Under the pieces are notes generated by a model. It was not told the origin of the DNA. It did not search any database and saw nothing but the letters and a program-made list of their open reading frames with translations. The position numbers and the translations under genes are program-made. Below, piece after piece: positions 57,745 through 64,000 of a stretch of 64,000 nucleotides of DNA (position 1 is the first letter of the stretch; each line of letters begins with the position of its first letter). The DNA is from Tagaea sp. (lineage in GTDB: Bacteria > Pseudomonadota > Alphaproteobacteria > CACIAM-22H2): assembly GCA_965279525.1 (NCBI GenBank), contig CBDIIB010000003.1, positions 384,001 to 448,000 of the forward strand. Reading direction: 5' to 3'.

Positions 57745-58790
57745 CAAAGACGACCGACCGCCTGGCCCTGCCGACCGCGGAGGAGCGCCAGGCGATCATC
57801 GATGCGCCGATCGAGGAGAACAGCTTCCGACGTGCTTTCGATGCGAGCAGCTCGCTGCATGTGATCGAAGCACGCCCGCCTGCGGTCGCGCGCGAAGCCG
57901 GCCGTCGGGCGCGGATCGCTTTCTGGAATGCCGAGCGCCTCAAATACGCCGCCGCGTCGGCCCGTCTGCTCGGGGGGCTTGGCGCCGATGTCCTGATGCT
58001 CTGCGAACTCGATCTCGGCATGGTCCGCTCGCAGGATCGCCATACGATCCGGGATCTCGCCGATACGCTGGGGCAGGGGTACGTCTTCGGCGTCGAGTTC
58101 GTCGAACTCGGGCTTGGCGACCTGCGCGAGCGCAAGGCCCATGCCGGCGAGACGAACAGTGCCGGCCTGCATGGCGGCGGATTCGTTTCCGGGCTTTCTT
58201 TGACCCGCCCGGCGCTCGTGCGGCTCGAAACGTCCGGCCGCTGGTTCGACGGGGCGTTTCACGAGCGGCGGGTCGGCGGACGCATCGCGATGCTGGCCGA
58301 GATCTCGCTCGGCGGTCGCAAGGTCCTGCTCGCGTCCGTGCACTACGAAAGCCATACCGGCCCCGCAGACCGGCTGCTCCAGACGCAGGTCTTGCTGGAC
58401 GCCATCGAGGCGCACGCGCCGGGGATGCCGGTCCTCATCGGGGGCGATTTCAACACCAGCAGTTTCGAGCGGACCGACAAGACGGACAAGGCATTCGTCG
58501 CGAAAGCGTTGGCGGCCGACCCGAACCGGCTTGTTGCTCCGATGGCCCACGAACCGATGTTCGAATTCCTGCAGCGGCGCGGTTACGACTGGAGCGCCTG
58601 CAACGTGGAATTGGCGCCGACGCAGCGCACGCGACCGGACGGCACGCCACAGCCGCCCTTCGGCAAGATCGACTGGCTGTTCTCGCGCGGTCTTGCCTGC
58701 AGCGCGCCGCAGGTCGTGCCGGCGGTCGACGCGATGGGAGTAGCCATATCCGACCATGAGGTGCTGTGCGTCACGGTCGAGACGGAATAG
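57735..58790 (+). CDS. Endonuclease/exonuclease/phosphatase (EEP) family hydrolase
   Basis: FWNAE, LCELD, SVHYES, GGDFNT, KIDW, ISDH; ATG 57735. Confidence 0.85.
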   Translation: MLVTKTTDRLALPTAEERQAIIDAPIEENSFRRAFDASSSLHVIEARPPAVAREAGRRARIAFWNAERLKYAAASARLLGGLGADVLMLCELDLGMVRSQDRHTIRDLADTLGQGYVFGVEFVELGLGDLRERKAHAGETNSAGLHGGGFVSGLSLTRPALVRLETSGRWFDGAFHERRVGGRIAMLAEISLGGRKVLLASVHYESHTGPADRLLQTQVLLDAIEAHAPGMPVLIGGDFNTSSFERTDKTDKAFVAKALAADPNRLVAPMAHEPMFEFLQRRGYDWSACNVELAPTQRTRPDGTPQPPFGKIDWLFSRGLACSAPQVVPAVDAMGVAISDHEVLCVTVETE

Positions 58791-58800
58791 GGGAAACGGC

Positions 58801-59622
58801 ATGAAGTACATTCCGCTCGCCAGCTCGAACGGCCGGTTTCACGTCTGCGCGCATCGCGGACACAGCATCGGCGCGCCCGAGAACACGTTGCCGGCGATCG
58901 AGGCGGCTGCCGTCAACCGGGCGACGGTCTGCGAGATCGACGTCGTGTTGACGCGCGATGACGAGATCGTGCTCCTGCATGACGAGATCCTCGACCGGAC
59001 GACGGACGGGCGTGGCCGCGTGGGCGCGCTGGATCTCGCGCAGGTCAGGACGCTCGACGCGGGCGCCTGGTTCGCGCCGGCATTCGCCGGGACCCGCGTC
59101 CCGACGCTTGCGGAAGTTCTCGCGACCGCACGGCGGCTGGGTCTGGGCACGCTGGTCGAGATCAAGGAGCGCCAGCGCCCCGAACGGATGATCGAGAAGC
59201 TCGCCGATGTCCTCGGCGCGCAGAACGCGATCGACGAAGTCCTCGTGATCTCGTTCGACCATCCGACGCTCGTGCGTGCCCGCGCGCGCATCCCCGGCCT
59301 GCGCACGGAGATCATCACGCATGCGCGTCATGTCGACCCCGTGGCGGTGGCGCTTCGTGCGGAGGCGGCGAGCGTGGCGATCGAGGCCGACATGTTCCAT
59401 CCCGACGACGCGCGGGCCCTTCACAAGGCAGGGGTTGCGGTCCGCGTGACGTTGCCGCGGCCCGAGAAGATCGCGATGCGCCGGGGCTATGGCCTCGACA
59501 TCGAGGCGCCGATCGTCGCGGCACTTTCAGAAGGGCTCATCGACGTCCTGGCGGGCGACGATACGGCGGCCATCGAGTCGCTCGTTCGCGGGCACGCCCG
59601 GCTTCCGGCCCGGCACGTCTAG
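58801..59622 (+). CDS. Glycerophosphodiester phosphodiesterase (UgpQ/GlpQ-like)
   Basis: AHRG, APENT, CEIDV, LHDEILDRTTDG, VEIK, ISFDH. Confidence 0.9.
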   Translation: MKYIPLASSNGRFHVCAHRGHSIGAPENTLPAIEAAAVNRATVCEIDVVLTRDDEIVLLHDEILDRTTDGRGRVGALDLAQVRTLDAGAWFAPAFAGTRVPTLAEVLATARRLGLGTLVEIKERQRPERMIEKLADVLGAQNAIDEVLVISFDHPTLVRARARIPGLRTEIITHARHVDPVAVALRAEAASVAIEADMFHPDDARALHKAGVAVRVTLPRPEKIAMRRGYGLDIEAPIVAALSEGLIDVLAGDDTAAIESLVRGHARLPARHV

Positions 59623-59689
59623 ATCGCCGAAGCCGGAATTATCCAAATATTTATATAGTCTTAAGCCCGGATATCCCGAGGCCCGACGG

Positions 59690-59718
59690 CCGTCATAAAT
59701 CGGCAACGTAACTTCAAT
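59690..59718 (+). promoter_or_regulatory. Putative Pho box upstream of pstS
   Basis: CCGTCAT-AAAT-CGGCAAC-GTAA-CTTCAAT, 11-bp periodic half-sites resembling CTGTCAT-N4. Confidence 0.6.
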
Positions 59719-59786
59719 ATTTTTGTCGGGTCCGGACACTACGGTGCGCGTCGGGTTTCACGTTCCGACCGAAAAAGGAGGTTCCT

Positions 59787-60827
59787 TTGAACCGTAAAAC
59801 AACTCTCGTGGCTGCACTTGCCGCCACCGCCCTGCTTGCCGGCGCTGCGAACGCGCAGCAGGCACGCGACCAGATCCGCATCGTCGGCTCGTCGACGGTG
59901 TTTCCGTTCACGACGGCCGTCGCCGAACAGTTCCAGCGCACCGGCGGCTTCAAGGCCCCGATCGTCGAGTCGACCGGAACGGGCGGTGGCATGCGCCTCT
60001 TCTGCGGCGGCGTCGGCGTCCAGCACCCCGACGTGACGAACGCGTCGCGCCGCATGACGAAGTCCGAGTTCGAGCAGTGCAAGACGAACGGCGTCACCGA
60101 CATCATCGAAGTGAAGATCGGATTCGACGGGATCGTCCTCGCGACCAAGAAGGGTTCCGAGAAGATGAACCTGACGCTGCGCCACGTGTTCCTGGCACTC
60201 GCGCGCCAGGTGCCGGTCAACGGCCAGCTCGTCAACAATCCATACACCCGCTGGAACCAGATCGATGCCTCGCTCCCGGCACTCGACATCGAGGTCATCG
60301 GCCCGCCGCCGACCTCGGGTACGCGCGACTCGTTCAACGAACTCGCGATGCTTGCCGGCTGCGGCATGGTCGACGAGATGAAGACGCTGATCGCCGACAA
60401 CGCGGCGCGCGGCAAGGCCTGCCAGTCGCTCCGCGAGGACGGCAAGTTCATCGAGGGCGGCGAGAACGACAACCTGATCGTCCAGCGCCTGACGACCGGC
60501 CGTCCGGGCACCATGGGGATCTTCGGCTTCTCGTTCCTCGAGGAAAACCCCGACAAGATCGAAGGCAAGCTCATCGGCGGGGTCGAGCCGAACCCGGACA
60601 CGATCGCCGACGGCAAGTATCCGATCGCCCGCGACATGTACATCTACGTCAAGCGCGCGCATGTCGGCGTGGTCCCGGGGATCCGGGAGTTCGTCACCGA
60701 GTACACGAGTGCCCGGGCGATGGGCGACAACGGCTATCTGGAGAAGAAGGGCCTCGTTGTCCTTCCGGCCGCCGAAGCCGCGAAGGTACGCGCGGGTGCG
60801 CTGGCTCTCCAGCCGCTGACGATGTGA
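59787..60827 (+). CDS. pstS: Phosphate ABC substrate-binding protein PstS
   Basis: AGGAGG RBS, TTG start; IVGSSTVFP, ESTGTGGG, NASR, GPPPTSGTRDSF. Confidence 0.93.
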   Translation: MNRKTTLVAALAATALLAGAANAQQARDQIRIVGSSTVFPFTTAVAEQFQRTGGFKAPIVESTGTGGGMRLFCGGVGVQHPDVTNASRRMTKSEFEQCKTNGVTDIIEVKIGFDGIVLATKKGSEKMNLTLRHVFLALARQVPVNGQLVNNPYTRWNQIDASLPALDIEVIGPPPTSGTRDSFNELAMLAGCGMVDEMKTLIADNAARGKACQSLREDGKFIEGGENDNLIVQRLTTGRPGTMGIFGFSFLEENPDKIEGKLIGGVEPNPDTIADGKYPIARDMYIYVKRAHVGVVPGIREFVTEYTSARAMGDNGYLEKKGLVVLPAAEAAKVRAGALALQPLTM

Positions 60828-60831
60828 CGGC

Positions 60832-60870
60832 AAGCGCGCCGGCTCCTTCGACTTCGGAGCCGGCGCGCTT
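60832..60870 (+). terminator. Stem-loop after pstS
   Basis: AAGCGCGCCGGCTCC-N9-GGAGCCGGCGCGCTT followed by a T-rich tail. Confidence 0.75.
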
Positions 60871-60915
60871 TCTTACCTTTTCCGTCGACATGCGCGGGGG
60901 GCGCAAGACGGTCCG

Positions 60916-62298
60916 ATGAACACGATCTTTCTGCTATGCGTGCTGCTCGCCTTGTCCGCCGTCGGATACCGGATGGGCCGGGCCACGGCCATCGGCCGCC
61001 AGAATGGCGGCACGGTACGCCTGCATTCCCTCACGTCCTACTATGGCTATTACGTCGCGCTTTGGTGCGGCCTGCCAGCACTCCTCATGATCTTCCTGTG
61101 GACGGCGTCTTCGGACTGGATCGTCAAGCTGCTGGTGGTTTCCGCACTCCCCGAGGAGATCCGCTCGCTGCCGGCGGACAAGCTGAGCCTCGTCATCTCG
61201 GATATCCGCAACATCGCGGCAGGCAACATCGCTTCGGCAGCCGCGACGCCGGCAGTCCAGGCGGCCGTCGACACCTATCGCAATCTTGCCGGCATCGCCC
61301 AGTCGGCGATGTGGCTCATCGGACTTGCCGTCGCGATGCTCGGACTGCTTCTGGCGCGCAGCCACATCGCGCCGCAGATGCGCGCGCGCAACCGCGTCGA
61401 AGGCATCATCGGGATCATCCTGATCATCGCATCGGTCATCGCGGTCCTGACGACGATCGGAATCGTCCTTTCGCTGGTGTTCGAGGCGGCACGGTTCTTC
61501 ATCGCCGTTCCGGCGACGGACTTCCTGTTCGGCTTGACATGGAGCCCGCAGACCGCGATCCGGGCGGACCAGGTCGGCTCGTCCGGTGCCTTCGGCGCCG
61601 TGCCGCTCTTCACCGGAACGCTCCTGATCGCGACGATCTCGATGCTCGTCGCGGTCCCGGTCGGACTGATGTCCGCCGTCTACATGGCCGACTATGCGCC
61701 GGCGAAAGTAAGGTCGGTCGCAAAGCCGCTCCTCGAGATCCTCGCGGGCATCCCGACGGTCGTCTACGGTTTCTTCGGCGCGCTGACGGTTGCCCCGTTC
61801 GTGCGGGAGGCAGGTGCCGCCATCGGCCTGGAAGTCGCTTCCCAGTCCGGCCTTGCCGCCGGTCTCGTCATGGGAATCATGATCATTCCCTTCGTTTCTT
61901 CCCTGTCCGACGACGTGATCAATGCCGTGCCGCAGTCCATGCGGGACGCGTCGTACGGTCTCGGTGCGACGAAATCGGAGACGATCAAGAGAGTCATCCT
62001 GCCGGCAGCGCTGCCCGGCATCGCGGCCTCGGTCATCCTCGCTTTCAGCCGCGCGCTGGGCGAAACGATGATCGTCGTCATGGCGGCGGGTCTGGCGGCC
62101 AACCTCACCGCCAACCCCCTCAATGCGGTGACGACAGTCACGGTGCATATCGCCGCCCTGCTCGTCGGCGACCAGGAATTCGACAGCCCGAAGACGCTGT
62201 CGGCCTTCGCGCTCGGCCTCGTGCTGTTCGCGGTGACGCTCGCACTCAACATTCTTGCGATGCGGATCGTCCGCAAATACAGGGAGCAGTACGAATGA
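60916..62298 (+). CDS. pstC: Phosphate ABC permease PstC
   Basis: KPLLEILAGIPTVVYG, SRALGETMIV, GDQEFDS. Confidence 0.95.
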   Translation: MNTIFLLCVLLALSAVGYRMGRATAIGRQNGGTVRLHSLTSYYGYYVALWCGLPALLMIFLWTASSDWIVKLLVVSALPEEIRSLPADKLSLVISDIRNIAAGNIASAAATPAVQAAVDTYRNLAGIAQSAMWLIGLAVAMLGLLLARSHIAPQMRARNRVEGIIGIILIIASVIAVLTTIGIVLSLVFEAARFFIAVPATDFLFGLTWSPQTAIRADQVGSSGAFGAVPLFTGTLLIATISMLVAVPVGLMSAVYMADYAPAKVRSVAKPLLEILAGIPTVVYGFFGALTVAPFVREAGAAIGLEVASQSGLAAGLVMGIMIIPFVSSLSDDVINAVPQSMRDASYGLGATKSETIKRVILPAALPGIAASVILAFSRALGETMIVVMAAGLAANLTANPLNAVTTVTVHIAALLVGDQEFDSPKTLSAFALGLVLFAVTLALNILAMRIVRKYREQYE

Positions 62299-63605
62299 CC
62301 GAAATGGCTGTTCCCGCCGGAGCTGCATCGCGGCACACCAGCGACGAGGCGCGCAAGCGGCTCGAGAAGCGCTATGCGGCCGAGCGCCGGTTCAAGATCT
62401 ACGGAATGGCAGCGCTTTCGTTCGCGATCGGCGCCCTGTTCCTGCTCCTTTGGACGATCCTTTCGAACGGTGCCACCGCTTTCGTCCAGACCCATATCCG
62501 GCTGCCGGTGCATTTCGATCCGGCCATCATCGACCCGGACGCAAAGCGCGATCCGGTCGCCTTCCGCCAGGCGAACTGGGCGGCTGTGGTACGGGCTGCA
62601 CTTCAGGAGAAGTTCCCGGACGTGCGCGGCCGACTTCCATTGCGCCAGCTCGATGCGCTGCTTTCCGACGGCGCCCAGATCGAACTGCTGCGGATGGTCA
62701 CAGCCGATCCCGGGCTCCTCGGGCAGCGCCGGGATGTCTGGCTTCTCACGTCGTCCGACATCGACATGATCCAGAAAGGCCACTCGGCGCGCGATATCCC
62801 GGAGAGTTCCCGCCGGGTCAATGACGCGCAGCTGGGCTGGATCGATAAGCTTGCCGCCGAAGGGCGCCTCGAAAAGCGCTTCAATACCCGTTTCTTCACG
62901 GCGGCAGACAGCCGGCAGCCGGAGCTCGTCGGTGTCTGGGGCGGTGTCGTCGGCTCATTCCTCACGCTCGGGATCACGCTGCTGCTGGCATTTCCGATGG
63001 GCGTGGCGGCGGCGATCTATCTCGAAGAATATGCGCCGAAGAACCGTTTCACCGACCTGGTCGAGGTCAACATCAACAATCTGGCGGCCGTGCCGTCGAT
63101 CGTCTACGGCCTGCTCGGCTTGGCGGTGTTTCTCCAGTTCTTCGGCATGCCGCGTTCCGCTCCGGTGGTCGGCGGCGTCGTGCTCGCCCTGATGAGCCTT
63201 CCCATCATCATCATTGCGGCACGGGCAGCACTACGCTCGGTGCCGCCCTCGATCCGCGAGGCCGCACTCGGGATAGGAGCTTCGAAGATGCAGGCGATCT
63301 TCCATCACATACTGCCGCTTGCCATGCCGGGTATCATGACCGGTACGATCATCGCGCTCGCGCATGCGCTGGGAGAGACGGCACCGCTCCTGATGATCGG
63401 GATGGTCGCGTTCGTCGTCGACATACCGACCGGCCCGTTCTCGCCGTCGACTGTCCTGCCGGTGCAGATATTCATGTGGGCCGACAATCCCGAGCGCGGC
63501 TTTGTCGAGAAGACGTCGGCTGCGATCATGACCTTGCTGGTATTCCTCCTGATGATGAACGCGGTCGCGATCTGGCTGCGGAAAAAATTCGAAAGACGGT
63601 GGTAG
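62295..63605 (+). CDS. pstA: Phosphate ABC permease PstA
   Basis: ATG 62295; INNLAAVPSIVYGLLG, LGETAPL. Confidence 0.95.
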   Translation: MTEMAVPAGAASRHTSDEARKRLEKRYAAERRFKIYGMAALSFAIGALFLLLWTILSNGATAFVQTHIRLPVHFDPAIIDPDAKRDPVAFRQANWAAVVRAALQEKFPDVRGRLPLRQLDALLSDGAQIELLRMVTADPGLLGQRRDVWLLTSSDIDMIQKGHSARDIPESSRRVNDAQLGWIDKLAAEGRLEKRFNTRFFTAADSRQPELVGVWGGVVGSFLTLGITLLLAFPMGVAAAIYLEEYAPKNRFTDLVEVNINNLAAVPSIVYGLLGLAVFLQFFGMPRSAPVVGGVVLALMSLPIIIIAARAALRSVPPSIREAALGIGASKMQAIFHHILPLAMPGIMTGTIIALAHALGETAPLLMIGMVAFVVDIPTGPFSPSTVLPVQIFMWADNPERGFVEKTSAAIMTLLVFLLMMNAVAIWLRKKFERRW

Positions 63606-63608
63606 ATC

Positions 63609-64000
63609 ATGGAAATCAGTCTCAAGAGCCAGACGGTCTCGAGCACGCCGGTTGCCACGGTGTCGCCGACGATGAAAGTCGTCGCGAACGGCGTGAACGT
63701 GCACTATGGCGCCAAGCATGCACTGAAGGACGTCAGGATCGGCATTCGCGAGAACCAGGTCACGGCTTTCATCGGTCCATCCGGTTGCGGCAAGTCGACG
63801 TTCCTGCGCTGCATCAACCGGATGAACGACACGATCGCCTCGTGCCGCGTATCTGGCGATCTCCGGCTCGACGATCAGGACATCTACGACAAGTCGATCG
63901 ACGTCGTGCAGCTGCGCGCGCGGGTCGGGATGGTGTTCCAGAAGGCCAATCCGTTCCCGAAATCCATTTTCGAGAACATCGCCTATGGCCCCAGAATCCA
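63609..64000 (+). CDS. pstB: Phosphate ABC ATPase PstB (runs off window)
   Basis: Read by hand: MEISLK...[20 protein letters not shown]...[22 protein letters not shown]. Confidence 0.93.
   Translation, partial: MEISLKSQTVSSTPVATVSPTMKVVANGVNVHYGAKHALKDVRIGIRENQVTAFIGPSGCGKSTFLRCINRMNDTIASCRVSGDLRLDDQDIYDKSIDVVQLRARVGMVFQKANPFPKSIFENIAYGPRI

Noticed and set aside
1-64000. CRISPR arrays, tRNA/rRNA, prophage, defence systems
   Set aside because: No repeat-spacer array, RNA gene or such protein motifs seen by eye; the MBL and EEP lie in transport operons, not defence contexts.

Overview
GC-rich, alphaproteobacterial-looking window in three parts. (1) 1-37.5 kb: an accessory island of four Fe3+/AfuABC-type ABC importers, a PhnCDE-like importer and a sugar (CUT1) importer. 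These are interleaved with seven predicted cytoplasmic phosphoester hydrolases (3 inositol-monophosphatase-family, 2 HAD, 1 Cys-dependent dual-specificity phosphatase, 1 beta-CASP-like metallo-beta-lactamase), L-rhamnose catabolic genes (rhaK/rhaI/rhaD), a polyol-type SDR and LacI/SorC regulators. Several operators are readable directly in the DNA, and a chimeric IS3 remnant closes the island. (2) 37.6-46.8 kb: TPR-GT41 glycosyltransferase, MarR, an orphan fliG, amidohydrolase, aldo-keto reductase, a divergent RpoH-like sigma factor and a LuxO-like response regulator with degenerate sigma54-activation motifs. (3) 46.9-64 kb: livHMGF-(membrane protein)-livK, a CUT1 ABC operon with two GDPDs and an EEP hydrolase, and pstSCAB. 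The best candidate for an undescribed system is a modular 'import the phosphorylated sugar, dephosphorylate it inside, catabolise the sugar' island. Its clearest module is a >=16-gene operon coupling rhamnose catabolism to anion-type transporters and phosphatases. All substrate assignments are inference from motifs and gene context; no database searches were run.
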